Made by a program: the position numbers and the translations under genes. From contig NC_091988.1 in NCBI RefSeq assembly GCF_044704955.1, forward strand, positions 31,248,001-31,312,000: a stretch of 64,000 nucleotides of DNA, given 5' to 3'. The notes beneath the pieces were generated by a model. It was not told the DNA's origin. It worked only from the letters and a program-made list of their open reading frames with translations, and did not search any database. Numbering within the stretch: position 1 is the first letter of the stretch; every line of letters begins with the position of its first letter. This DNA comes from Pristiophorus japonicus (lineage: Eukaryota). Positions 48,835-61,984 of this stretch are shown here, piece after piece.

Positions 48835-51800
48835 GTACTTGTGCAGCTACAGTGGGAGAGAAAGCAAAAAAGAAGTAGAAAGGAATCAAAAGGTGACGTC
48901 ACAGCCAAGGGGGTAAGTGATTGGCTGGTGATTGGTGACTAGCTTTTCTTTTTATTTTTTATATTAGTAAGTAAACTGTAACATTGTTGTTACCAATTTA
49001 AGGGTATCTAAGGGTTAAGAAATGGCAGGAGAGCTTGGTCACGTGTTATGCTCCTCCTGTAACATGTGGGAACTCAGGGACACTTCCGGTGTCCCTGACG
49101 ACTACGTGTGTGAGAAGTGTATCCGCCTCCATCTCCTGACGGACCGCGTTGCGAAATTGGAGCTGAGGGTGGATTCACTCTGGAGCATCGACGATGCTGA
49201 GAATGACATAAGTGGCACGTGTAGTGAGTTGGTCTTACCACATGAGAAGGATCCACAGCCAGCTAGGGAATGGAAGACCAGCAGGAAGAGTAGTACAAAA
49301 AAGGTAGTGCAGGGGTCCCATCTGGTCATCCCCCTGCAAAACATATACACTGCTTTGAGTGCTGTTGAGGGAGATGACTCATCAGGGGGGGAGCAGCAGC
49401 AGCCAAGTTCATGGCACTGTGGTTGGCTCTGTTGTACAGGAGGACATAAAAAAGAGTGGGAGAGCGATAGTGATAGGGGATTCAATCATAAGGAGAATAG
49501 ATAGGCGTTTCTGCGCCGCAACCGAGACTCCAGGATGGTATGTTGCCTTCCTGGTGCAAGGGTCAAGGATGTCTCCGAGCGAGTGCAGGACATTCTAAAA
49601 AGGGAGGGAGAACAGCCAGTTGTCGTGCTGCACATTGGTACCAACGACATAGGCAAAAAAAGGGATGAGGACCTACGAGACGAATTTAAGGAGCTAGGAG
49701 CTAAATTAAAAAGTAGGACCTCATAAGTAGTAATCTCGGGATTGCTACCAGTGCCACGTGCTAGTCAGAGTAGGAATCGCAGGATAGCACAGATGAATAC
49801 GTGGCTTGAACAGTGGTGCAACAGGAAGAGATTCAAATTCGTGGGGCATTGGAACAGGTTCTGGGGGAGGTGGGACCAGTACAAACTGGACGGTCTGCAC
49901 TTGGGCAGGACCGGAACCAATGTCCTAGGGGGAGTGTTTGCTAGTGCTATTGGGGAGGAGTTAAACTAATATGGCAGGGGGATGGGAACCAATACAGGGA
50001 GACAGAGGGAAACAAAAAGGAGACAAAAACAAAAGACAGAAAAGAGATGAGTAAAAGTGGAGGGCAGAGAAACCAAAGGCAAGAAACAAAAAGGGCCGCT
50101 GAATATAAAGGGGCTGCAGGAGAGGTCAAAACTAAAAATCATGGTTTTAAAAACTAGGATGAAAACACTCTACCTAAATGCATGCAGCATTCGAAATAAA
50201 GCAAATGAGTTGACGGCACAAATGATTACAAATGGGTATGATTTGGTGGCCATTACAGAAACATGATTGCAAGGTGGCCAAGACTGGGAATTAAATATAC
50301 AGGGTATCTGATGATTCAGAAAGATAGGCAAGAAGGGAAAGGAGGTGGGGTAGCTCTGTTAATAAAAGATGATATCAGGGCAGTTGTGAGGGATGATATT
50401 GGCTCCAATGAACAAAATGTTGAATCATTGTGGGTGGAGATTAGAGATAGTAAGGGGAAAAAGTCACTGGTCGGCGTAGTTTATAGGCCCCCAAATAATA
50501 ACTTCACGGTGGGGCGGGCAATAATCAAGGGAATAATGGAGGCATGTGAAAAAGGAACGGCAGTAGTCATGGGGGATTTTAACCTACATATCGATTGGTC
50601 AAATGAAATCGCACGGGGTAGCCTGGAGGAGGAATTCATAGAATGCATACGGGATTGTTTCTTAGAACAGTATGTAACAGAACCTTCAAGGGAGCAAGCC
50701 ATCTTAGATCTGGTCCTGTGTAATGAGACAGGAAAAATAAACGATCTCCTCGTAAAAGATCCTCTCGGAATGAGTGATCACAATATGGTTGAATTTGTAA
50801 TACAGATTGAGGATGAGGAAGTTGTGTCAGAAACGAGCGTACTATGCTTAAACAAAGGGGACTACAGTGGGATGAGGGCAGAGTTGGCTAAAGTAGACTG
50901 GAAACAAGGACTAAACGGTGGCACAATTGAGGAACAGTGGAGGACTTTTAAGGAGCTCTTTCATAGTGCGCAACAAAAATATATTCCAGTGAAAAAGAAG
51001 GGCGGCAAGAGAAGGGATTACCAGCCGTGGATAACCAAGGAAATAAAGGAAATTATCAAATCAAAGACCAATGCGTATAAGGTGGCCAAGGTTAGTGGGA
51101 AACTAGAGGATTGGGAAAATTTTAAGCAACAGCAAAGAATGACTAAAAAAGCAATAAAGAAAGGGAAGATAGATTACGAAGGTAAACTTGCGCAAAACAT
51201 AAAAACAGATAGTAAAAGCTTTTACAGATATATAAAACGGAAACGAGTGACTAAAGTAAATGTTGGTCCCTTAGAAGATGAAAAGGGGGATTTAATAATG
51301 GGAAATGTGGAAATGGCTGAGACCTTAAACAATTATTTTGCTTCCGTCTTCACAGTGGAAGACACAAAAACCATGCCAAAATTTGCAGGCCACAGGAATG
51401 TGGGAAGGGAGGACCTTGAGACAATCACTATCACTAGGGGGGTAGTGCTGGACAGGCTAATGGGACTGAAGGTGAACAAGTCCCCTGGTCCTGATGAAAT
51501 GCATCCCAGGGTATTAAAAGAGATGGTGGAAGTTATAGCAGATGCATTCGTTATAATCTACCAAAATTCTCTGGACTCTGGGGACGTACCAGCGGATTGG
51601 AAAGCAGCTAATGTAACGCCTCTGTTTAAAAAAGGGGGCAGGCAAAAGGCAGGTAACTATAGGCCGGTTAGTTTAACATATGTAGTGGGGAAAATGTTTG
51701 AAACTATCATTAAGGAAGAAATAGCGGGACATCTAGATAGGAATAGTGCAATCAAGCAGACGCAGCATGGATTCATGAAAGGGAAATCATGTTTAACTAA

Positions 51801-53057
51801 CTTACTGGAATTCTTTGAGGATATAACGAGCATGGTGGATAGAGGTGTACCGATGGATGTGGAGTATTTAGATTTCCAAAAGGCATTCGATAAGGTGCCA
51901 CACAAAAGGTTACTGCAGAAGATAAAGGTACGTGGAGTCAGAGGAAATGTATTAGCATGGATAGAGAATTGGCTGGCGAACAGAAAGCAGAGAGTCGGGA
52001 TAAATGAGTCCTTTTCCAGTTGGAAATCAGTGGTTAGTGGTGTGCCACAGGGATCAGTGCTGGGACCACAACTGTTTACAATATACTTAGATGATCTAGA
52101 AGAGGGGACAGAGTGTAGTGCAACAAAATTTGCAGAAGACACTAAGATTAGTGGGAAAGCGGGTTGTGTAGAGGACTCAGAGAGGCTGCAAGGAGATTTG
52201 GATAGGTTAAGCGAATGGGCTAAGGTTTGGCAGATGGAATACAATGTCGGAAAGTGTGAGGTCATCCACCTTGGCAAAAAAACAGTAAAAGGGAATATTA
52301 TTTGAATGGGGAGAAATTACAACATGCTGCGGTGCAGAGGGACCTGGGGGTCCTTGTGCATGAATCCCAAAAGGTTAATTTGCAGGTGCAGCAGGTAATC
52401 AGGAAGGCGAATGGAATGTTGGCTTCATTGCGAGAGGGATGGAGTACAAAAACAGGGAGGTCTTGCTGCAACTGTATAAGGTATTGGTAAGGCCGCACCT
52501 GGAGTACTGCGTGCAGTTTTGGTCACCTTACTTAAGGAAGGATATACTAGCTTTGGAGGCGGGTACAGAGACGATTCACCAGGCTGATTCCAGAAATGAG
52601 GGGGTTACCTTATGATGATAGATTGAGTAGACTGGGTCTTTACTCGTTGGAGTTCAGAAGGATGAGGGGTGATCTTATAGAAACATTTAAAATCATGAAA
52701 GGGATAGACAAGATAGAGGCAGAGAGGTTGTTTCCACTGGTAGGGGAGACTAGAACTCGGGGGCACAGCCTCAAAATACGGGGGAGCCAATTTAAAACCG
52801 AGTTGAGAGAATTTCTTCTCCCAGAGGGTTGTGAATCTGTGGAATTCTCTGCCCAAGGAAGCAGTTGAGGCTAGCTCATTGAATGTTTTCAAGTCAAAGA
52901 TAGATAGATTTTTAACCAATAAGGGAATTAAGGGTTACGGGGAGAGGTCGGGTAAGTGGAGCTGAGTCCACGACCAGATCAGCCATGATCTTATTGAATG
53001 GCGGAGCAGGCTCGAGGGGCTAGATGGCCTACTCCTGTTCCTAATTCTTATGTTCTT
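48433..53057 (+). mobile_element. Full-length but inactivated CR1 LINE (5' UTR monomers, ORF1, ORF2, TTCTTATG tail)
   Basis: ORF1 49022-49969 (CSSCNMW..CEKC zinc finger, coiled coil, IGDSII / HIGTND / DGLHL SGNH esterase). ORF2 includes the 680-aa segment 50263-52305. Contains stops and frameshifts, and the RT FADD motif is mutated to FAED. Confidence 0.95.
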
Positions 53058-54943
53058 ATGATAACTGCTGTACCTTTATTGCAAGCATCCCTAATTTCCT
53101 GTTTGATGCCATCCCCAACCTCACTACTACTGTTTGGTGGTCTGTACACAACTCCCACTAGCATTTTCTGCCATTTGGTGTTCCGCAGCTCTATCCATAC
53201 AGATTCCACATCATCCAAGCTAATGTCCTTCCATACTATTGCGTTAATCTCCTCTTTAATTAGCAACACTACCCCACCTCCTTTTCCTTTGTCTAGCCTT
53301 CCTGAATGTTGAATACCCTTGGATGTTGAGTTCCCAGCCTTGGTCACCAAGGAGCCATGTCTCCGTAATCCCAATTACATCATATCCATTAACACCTATC
53401 AGCACAGTTATTAAGAATGCTCCTTGCATTGAGACACAGAGCCTTCAGGCTTGTTTTTTTTAAACACGCTTTGTCCTTTTAGTTGTAATGTTGTAATGTG
53501 GCCCTTTTTGATTTTTGCCTTTGATTTCTCTGCCCTCCATTTTGCGTTATCACCTTTCTACCTTTTGCTTCTGCCCCCATTTTACCTCCCTCTGTCTCCC
53601 TGCATAGATTCCAATCCCCTTGCCATATTAGTTTAAACCCTCCCCAACAGCACTAGAAAACATTCCCCCTAGGATATAGGTTCCGGTCCTGCCCAGGTGC
53701 AGACTTGTCCGGTTTGCACTGGTCCCACCTCCCCCAGAACCTGCTCCAATGTCCCAGTAATTTGAATCCCTCTCTCTTGCACCATTCCTCAAGCCACGTA
53801 TTCATCTTAACTATCCTGCTGTTTCGACTCTGACTAGCACGTGGCACTGGTAGCAATCCTGAGATTATTACCTTTGAGGTCCTACTTTTTAATTTAACTC
53901 CTAGCTCCCTAAATTCAGCTTGTAGGACCTTATCCTGTTTTTTTAACCTATATTGTTGTACCTATATGCACCACGCCAACTGGCTGTTCACCCTCCCCCT
54001 CCAGAATGCCCTGCAGCCACTCCGAGACATCTTTGACCCTTGCACCACGGAGGCAACATACCATCCTGGACTCACGATTGCGGCCGCAGAAATGCCTTTC
54101 TATTCCCCTTGCAATAGAATCCCCTACCATTATAGCTCTCCCACTCTTTTTTCCTGCCCTCCTGTGCAGCAGAGCTACCCATGGTGCCATGAACTTGGCT
54201 GCTGCTGCCTCCCCCAACAATATCAAAAGCGGTATATCTGTTTTGGAGGGGGATGACCGCAGGGGACCCCTGCACTACCTTCTTACTCCTGCTCTGCCTG
54301 ATGGTCACCCATTCCCCATCTGCCTTTGTAAGCTTGACCTGCGGTGTGGGACCAACTCACTAAACGTGCTATTCACGACATCCTCAGCATCACGGATGCT
54401 CCAGAGTGAATCCATGCGCAACTCCAGTGTCCCTGATTTCCCACATAGCACAGGAGGAGAATGACACAGGTCTCCTGCCATGACTTAACCCTTAAATTAG
54501 CTTAATTTGGCAACATTGCCAAAGGTTTCTTACTGATAAGAAAAAGAAAAAAGATAAAGAAAAAAGAAAAACTACTCACCAATCAACCAGCCAATCACTT
54601 AGCTGCTTGGCTGTGACGCCACACTTCGATTTCTTTTTTTTTCTTTGTTTTACCTTCGGCCTCGATCTCTCGCCGTGTGTTGCTCCTCTGACTTCCCGCG
54701 CCCTTTTATCAGGGACTCGATCTCCCGGTGTGGTGTGATGTTAGAGACTGCCCCACACTTAGTTTTTCTCTTCCCCTTTCCCTCCTTTTCTATTTTTTCA
54801 TCTCCCTCAAAAAGACTTTGTTTTCTTTCGAAATTCAATGTGTTTTTAAAATAAAATTAGAACAAAGAAAGAAACTGCCTTTCTCTTTATTTGTGTCTTT
54901 CCCGTTGACTCTCTGTCTCTTAGTGTGAGAAATTAGAATCACT

Positions 54944-56160
54944 GGGCCATTATTTGCGGCCCCTATGGTTGTGTACGAGATGCGCAGGCGCCCGTAAGGA
55001 CCACGCAAGTTCCGGGTTTAGGCATGCACTAAAACCGGGAACTTGCCATCTGTCAAGAATCATCTTGCCAGAGCGTACAAATCCCCAGTAAAAGGACGTT
55101 TGCTGCCGCAAAATTGGCCTATTTTCCCAAATTCAGCTCAGTGAATGCCTGTGAAATTCTGGTTAAAATAAAGGGCCAAAAAGCGCAGTTTCTACAGGCA
55201 CATAAAATGTGTGCACGCACCCATAGATGCCGGTTCTTGGCATGCGATGCGCATGCGCAGAAATCCGGCATTTGCGAATTGTCAACATTTCTTTCGACAG
55301 TTCCAACGCATCCCTGGGAGAAGGGCTTTCGCGGGGGAGATTTTTTTACCCCTATTAAAACATAGTAAAAAAAAAATTCGAAAATATTTTTTGTGTAAAA
55401 CATTTAATTAAATACAATTTCAATTAATTTTAAATATGTGAAGTGTTTTTCTTATTTATTTAAAATGTTTGTGTTTTTGGGAGTAACCTCATTCATGGAA
55501 ACGGTGATCTCCGTACAAACGAAACTCACCATTACTGTGAATGAGGATACGCCACTTTCATTGTTTGGTCCAGCCCATGTGATCCAAGGATGAACATATG
55601 CTCCTGGAATACATGGGCCTCTGTGCTGGGTTGCACATCCAGGCCTAGGAGTGGAAGTCTTCGTTCCTCCGGGACCACCAGGTACATTCGTAAATATTTT
55701 TGTGGTCAGAGGCATCTGCCTGCAGGAAGCCTCTGACCCCAGTTTCTGGGCAAAAATGTAATCAATAATTTATACATTTTAAAAACCTGTGAAGTAAGGT
55801 AAGTTGTGAAATAAAGCCCCTTTAAAACAGTTTCAAAAAAATAAATTAGTGTTTTAAATATTTAATTAAGTGCCATTTTAAATATACAATGTAGAGGTAT
55901 TTTGGGGGGTATTCCCATTCATACTTATTCCCAAATGTACAGAATCCCCATAAGTATGAATGGGAATTCCTTCTGTCATTTCGTTGGGCTGGCCCACGTG
56001 ATCCCAGAGGCGCTCGCAAACTGCCTTCACCCCTGAGATACGTGGGCCTCTATCCATGTGTAGCTGGAGAGGCCCAAGACCATGAGTCTCCGTACCGCCT
56101 GGACCACCAGGTATGTGGGTGTTTTATTTGCGGATCAGAGCCTCCGACCGCATATTCGGG
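54944..56160. mobile_element. Harbinger-type MITE sequences (two related, partly duplicated copies)
   Basis: Begins GGGCCATTATTTGCGG; 55430-55750 and 55860-56160 are similar to each other (GGCCCA(C/T)GTGATCC..GGACCACCAGGTA..). Confidence 0.5.
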
Positions 56161-56754
56161 TCTTCTGGTGTCGCAGGTGTAAGCAATTCGCATTGACATT
56201 TTTTGTCAACTAAACATAGATGACGTAATTAGTTGCTTCAAAATTCAACTTTTTTTTGGAAATTGAAGTGACAGTCAATGAAGAAGGAAGGATGCACTAT
56301 TTCTCTCTCTTTCTCATTCTAAAGCCTATATAACAAAACACAACAGCTACAACAGGTGAGTATTCAAAACATATTTCTCTCTCTCCCCAACTCTCTCTCA
56401 CTTTCTTTTTTTCAATAAAAACACACACTATGAATTTTATCTATGTAAAGCTTTATTATTTGTTTCCTGGCTTCTACAAATAATTTTGAAAAATATTTGA
56501 GCAAAGACTGAGAAAATAAAGTACAACGCATAGAATTTCCACAAGGGGCGCACGTGGCAAAATGCATCCAGAATGCGCTGAACACTGCGATAGTTTTGCC
56601 GAGGTGAAGTTAGGCTCAAGTTTCTGTGCAAACTCATTATCATAAGCCCAAACATAAAATCTCACATGAATTAGCGCAATCATGCATCATAATCTATTCG
56701 TGACTAGAACTGTCCTCTAGGGGAATCAGTATTGAATCCCCAGTATTGAAGCAC

Positions 56755-57210
56755 TGACACACTTGATCAGCTTCGCTGGGCAGGCCACACAGTTCACATG
56801 CCAGATACGAGACTCCCTAAGCAAATGCTTTATGCGGAGCTCCTTCATGGTAAATGAGCCAAAGGAGGACAGCGGAAACGTTATAAGGACACCCTCAAAG
56901 CCTCCCTGGTAAAGTGCGACATCACCACTGACACCTGGGAGACCCTGGCCGAAGACTGCCCGAGGTGGAGAAAGTACATTCAGGAGGGCGTCGAGCTCTT
57001 CGGGTCCCAACGCAAAGAGCATGAAGAGGCCAAGCGCAGGCAGCGGAAGGATTGCGCGGCAAACCAGCCCCACCGACCCCTTCCCTCGACGAATGTCTGT
57101 CCCACCTGTAACAGGGTCTGTGGCTCTCATGTCGGACTGTTCAGCCATAAAAGAACTCACTTTGGGAGTGGAAGCAAGTCTTCCTCGATTCCGAGGGACT
57201 GCCTATGATG
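56755..57210 (+). mobile_element. RTE-clade LINE 3' fragment
   Basis: Reads QLRWAGH..MPDTRLPKQMLYAELLHGK..GGQRKRYKDTLKASL..WETLAEDCPRWRK.., then a C2H2-like CPTCNRVCGSHVGLFSH and a GACTGCCTATGATGA tail. Confidence 0.85.
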
Positions 57211-57342
57211 AGGGGAATCAAGGTATATGGGGATTGGGCAGGGAAGTAGAGTTGAGGTCGATGATCAGCCATGATCTTGTTGAATGGCGGAGCAAGCTCG
57301 AGGGGCCGTATGGCCTACTCCTGCTCCTATTTCTTATGTTCT
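57211..57342 (+). mobile_element. CR1 3' UTR fragment
   Basis: GGGAATCAAGGTATATGGG..GATCAGCCATGATCTT..TGGCCTACTCCTGCTCCTATTTCTTATGTTCTT. Confidence 0.8.
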
Positions 57343-58101
57343 TCAGCATCAAAAAAAGGAGTTCAATTGCAAGAAAATGACCCATTCTTCAACTGACTGA
57401 TTTAATGCTTTGGTCTTGCTTTTTTAATTGGCAACAGTTGACCAGATCAGAATAATTGACCAGATCAATTTACTAACTAATTTAAACTGAATTCAAAGTA
57501 ATAACGATGGAGTAAATAAATATCTGGGCGCAATGTGATGATCACCCCCAAATGGGCGTCTAAATGTTCCTCCGTCTAGCTGACTGAAAATTAGTTTTGC
57601 AACCTGAAAAGTTAGGTACACTGCACCTGCTCATACTGCACAATGCAAATTCAACTTGCGTGCATCACAATTCTGGGCAAAAATATAATTTCTAAACCTA
57701 GGCTTTTGGGAGAAGTTGTGGCATTCAAGTACAGGGGGCATTAAAAGACACAAAAGGAATTGAATGGACATATTTAATTATGTTATTGTGAAATATGGAT
57801 TTTAATTCAAAAAAAATTGTTTAAAGTCTTATTTTGGGCATTCGCAATTTTAGTTACTGATGGAAAAAAGGTCAAATGAAAAAAAATCAGAAAACATTTT
57901 GATTTTAAGAGATTTGTGGGAGCATCGTGGCCAGATGTGACAAAATTACTGTAGACATAAAAGTATAGATTATATATAGATGCCAATTGTCAATAATATA
58001 TATTGCTAATTTTAATGGATTTTTATTTTCTGCTGGTGCTGCATGTGTTAAAGAATTATTGGTCAGATAGTTATAGATCCCATTTTTTCTCTCCCTTGCA
58101 G

Positions 58102-58128
58102 ATGAACAGTGATCAAAAGAAGCAAAGA
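58102..58128 (+). CDS. DNAH12-like dynein heavy chain, 27-nt microexon
   Basis: Strong acceptor TTTTTTCTCTCCCTTGCAG; ATGAACAGTGATCAAAAGAAGCAAAGA (MNSDQKKQR); GTAAGT donor; phase 0-0. Fills the position of DNAH12 MTSEMKKKG. Confidence 0.8.
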
Positions 58129-60379
58129 GTAAGTTCTGAGATTTATTGGCGAAGGTTGCTTCCAAAATAAAATTGTGAAAATTACGTTAAATGATTTGTG
58201 CCGAAGCTTAAAACAATAATGTCTAGTTCAGTGTTGTCCAATAAAAATCGCTGACTAGTCACAGGCATGGCAACATGATACTGTTTTAGCCACATGATGC
58301 CTTACACACAATGCAGGTAAATGTGGTTCACGTGTATATCTACATTGAGAAACATTTACCATCATGCAGTGTGAAACCTTGCAGTCTTTCTCTTTCACCA
58401 AACTTTGGAATTATAGCATGAATTTATCAGACAGAACATATCTCAATGCAGTTTCTAGGTTTTTATCCAGCAATTGTGAGTGATACTTTGACTTAGTCAG
58501 ATTGAATGCTATGAATGTTAAGACAACGAGATGTGCTAAACCTGCTCTCCACCCAGAATGTGGTTGTATGCTACTTGCCACTTGCTCTGTTGCAACAGTT
58601 TGTTATTGGTTGGACTTGTTTTCTTCTGCTGGCCTGAAGCAGTCATTCCAATTGGTCGATCTGACCACTCTGACCGTTCCCCTTGCCATACAATATTGCT
58701 AGTGTTTCCATGGCACTGAAGTTGCTATTTTCACCCATGTTACCATTTTAGCAGATAACCAATAAGCAGTAACCAAGGATGTAAAGCACAAAATGATCAA
58801 AACACTCATGCACTCTGCTTTTCGTCTTACCATTTTACCAATGACGCACAAAAAGGTTAAAGCACACATGTAGACACTGCGAATATAAATGTTGAGGTCA
58901 CATGCCCAGAGTCTATGATTTTTTTTCATTTAATACTCAAAAATGCAATTAGACACATTTGGATTCCCAATTGGTCACATGCAGCTAGTGGCTAGCATAG
59001 TGGACAGCACTGGTCTAGTTGACTTTTGTTTTACATGTGGTATTTTGTTGGATTTTGTGTCACTAAAATATGTGGTATTTTATTTCTATTTCCCCTATTT
59101 TTAATTCACATTTTAGATCCCTTCAAGGCAAATATTGGCCCATAACAGACTATCCAGGACTCCAGCCAGTGACATTAAAATTGGCTGCTGTGAGGTGTGC
59201 AACCATGGCTAGGGTTAATCTTACCAACCATTTTATCTTTGCCTTGCTGTAGGGCCTGGCAGTCTGACTGAGATCAAGGTGTTAAAAATGTACTTTAAAC
59301 AAAATTGGTAGATTCCATTAATTTCTTGCTGCACTGTTGCATGTTATAAGTTAGCTTCTGCCATGTTAACTTTTCCCTACTTGCGCACTATTTGCCAATT
59401 GAGAATATATGCAAATGACCTGTTTCTAGGTTTCTACCAATAGTATTCTTAAACTGACCAACTAAGAGCTTTACAAAATTATTACCGATTTAATTTAATT
59501 TTCACCCAGAGATTCCCTCGCTTCCTCGACAGAGTGCCTCACTTCCATTCATATTTTTCTTGTATTACATAGCTGAAATCAGGCATCTACTGGTTGGGTA
59601 ATTGTGAGAAGGAATATTATGTAAAGGAGCAGAATTAATGCATGAGGCTGCTCTGGCATTATATAGTATGTTAGGGACAACATGTTTATTATTTTATGAC
59701 TGGGTGGCATGAAGAAAATGGAACAGGACTGTTTTCTCTTGTTGCAAATTTTGTAGCCTTACACCTCAAATCCCCATTATGGATCCTCACTGTCTCATGG
59801 GCAGCATGTGAAATGGGCCGGGTAGTATTAGGCAGTCCCTTGTATTGAGGAATGACCCGCTTACACACCAAAAAGGGATGAGTTCACAGGTGTTTCAATG
59901 AGGGACCTGACATTCTAGCTCCTGAACTACATATTGAAGCTTGGAAGGTGCCTGTGCGTGGATTCTTTTAACGTAGGGTGGCCGTTGCACACCAGCCACC
60001 ACACGGGCTTGACAGACCCCCCAGGTAAGTGACTTCCCAAAGCAGCCTGCTCAATCCCAACTCCCCCATGCCTCTTTATTTAAATGAACAATCATGACAG
60101 TGGAGAAGTATTGTTCTCCTAGAAATGAATAATAGCAGCAACAAAAAAAAATCTCGCCCTAATGCTCATGCACCATTCTCTTGTAATTCATGAGTTGAAA
60201 TGCTACTTTGGAACTATTACAAAATAATGTAGCGAATAATTGCTGTGGGAGTAACAAAGCTTTAACTCCCAAGAAGCTAATGTATCAAAACTTACAATTC
60301 TATAGTACTCCTCACATACAGAGAGATGTCTTGGAGAGCTTTACAGGGCAATGGACACAAAGCAGAAGGAGGAAAAAGG

Positions 60380-61090
60380 AAGAGTATGTGGAGGGGTGAA
60401 AGCACAGTTGAAAAGAAGGTTCTTTAGGAGGATTTTGAAGGCATAGAACGAGTGACAAAGTGGAGTCGCTGAAGGATGGAGTTCCAGAAAATGTGAGCAT
60501 AGTGGCTGAAAGAATGCTTATTGACGGTGGAGCAAAGGGAATAGGAAATGGAAAGTAGGACAGGGTCATTGGAGAAATGGATGCTGGATATGGGAAGGCC
60601 AGCAAGGAGAGAGTTGGAGAAGTCCAGCCTCAAGCAGCAGAGGAAAGCTCACGGCCGAGACGGGCAACATGTTGAAGGAAGGAAGGAAGTTATGATCAGG
60701 CTTGACCAAGAAACCTTGATTAAACACCTCTGGGTTTAGGCCGAGATGGCAGTTCAGGAGGTTAAAGGTGTCAAGGCTGAAGACACATGGGTGTCTATAA
60801 GAGATCAAGGTTTGGTTTCGGTTTTGTTGATATTTATCAGGAGGAATTTTTAACTTGTCCAAATCTTCATGTCAGATGGCAGAGTGGCAACAATTCTAGG
60901 GGTCAGTAGAGGAGGTGGAGAGGTAGAGTTGAATGTCATTAGTGTGAAAGCTGATGTTCATGCTTCCATGTAAATGATGAAGAGCATGCAGTTAAGGAAA
61001 GCTAGGGTATACCAAATGTGATGACATGGGCACAGGAGGGTGACAATGTAGTGTCTAAATTGTGACAGGTCGGACTGGAACCATGAAATA
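60380..61090 (-). mobile_element. Old L2-type LINE fragment
   Basis: Minus ORF 60424-60633 begins RLDFSNSLLAGLP, the L2 LDYCNSLLAGLP motif. Confidence 0.7.
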
Positions 61091-61368
61091 ACATGCATAT
61101 GATTCCTCGGGTAGTCTTGTGAGCACTTGTGATTTTGTCAATAATTCATTGTTTTTGCACTGTTCTCTCTCCTTCTCTGCTATTAATATGAGTTGTACAT
61201 ATAAAACATAAATGCAAAATTTAAAAAAAATGATATTACAGTTTTGGGATTACTGTGATGGAATATAAGAGGGCATTATTTTGCAGTTTTTAAACAGAAG
61301 AATGAAGAAATAGCAATTACTCTAGAAGCTTGGTGTTTGTCTATAATACGAGTTCTGTGCAATTTCAG

Positions 61369-61558
61369 TTAAACTACCTGTTCATGAAAAAATGTGTGGA
61401 GAGTAGCCCTGTGGTACCAATACAGAAGCAGTGGCTGGACTCTATTCTGACCCTGATACCGCTCTCACTGAGAGCAGGAAAGATGCGAGAGATAATTGTA
61501 CATGAACTATTTGACGAAGTCATCAAGGACTTTGAAAAGAGCATGAAGAGATTTTTGG
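61369..61558 (+). CDS. DNAH12-like dynein heavy chain, fourth coding exon (gene continues past the window)
   Basis: TTTCAG acceptor; encodes LNYLFMKKCVESSPVVPIQKQWLDSILTLIPLSLRAGKMREIIVHELFDEVIKDFEKSMKRFL, which closely matches recalled human DNAH12 FNYIYMKQCVESSPLVPIQQEWLDHMLRLIPESLKEGKEREELLESLINEVSSDFENSMKRYL; phase-1 GTATGT donor. Confidence 0.88.
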
Positions 61559-61984
61559 GTATGTATTTTTTAACATAAACTGAACATGTATATTTTATTC
61601 ATCCTGGAGTCCATTTAATTATTACAGACACTAGATAATAAAAAAATACTACCAATTGATCACTTAATCTGTGCTGAATTATCATCATGTGAAGAATGGC
61701 CACTTGGGAGAGGTTCTGGAGGACCATCAGCGCCTGTAAAGCATACCCCAACATGAGTCACCATCTTCAGGTAAAGATCAGTAAGGGGAGAAAATTTGAG
61801 AAGAAGAGAATTTCATTTGTTACTGTAATCAAATTTAGTGTGTTGGAAAGACATACCAGATAGGTGCATTACTTAAAAAATTATAAAGTAGAAATAATCG
61901 CACGGTTTACACATGTTTAAAGAATAAATATAGAAAAAAATATTGGGAGAGATTTTGCTAAAAAATAACGTCATATAATAAAAA

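Larger units (their letters stand above)
45973..54700 (-). mobile_element. Near full-length CR1 LINE (minus), split by a plus-strand CR1 at 48433-53057
   Basis: 3' part 45973-48432 (RT, tail) and 5' part 53058-54700 (APE start, ORF1 esterase, CCAAT-containing 5' UTR) rejoin seamlessly as AAGTCACCCATG|ATAACTGCTGTACC. Confidence 0.92.

Noticed and set aside
50263-52305. Active or domesticated reverse transcriptase gene (680 aa)
   Set aside because: It is bounded by a stop and frameshifts, and the catalytic FADD reads FAED; an ordinary dead CR1 ORF2.
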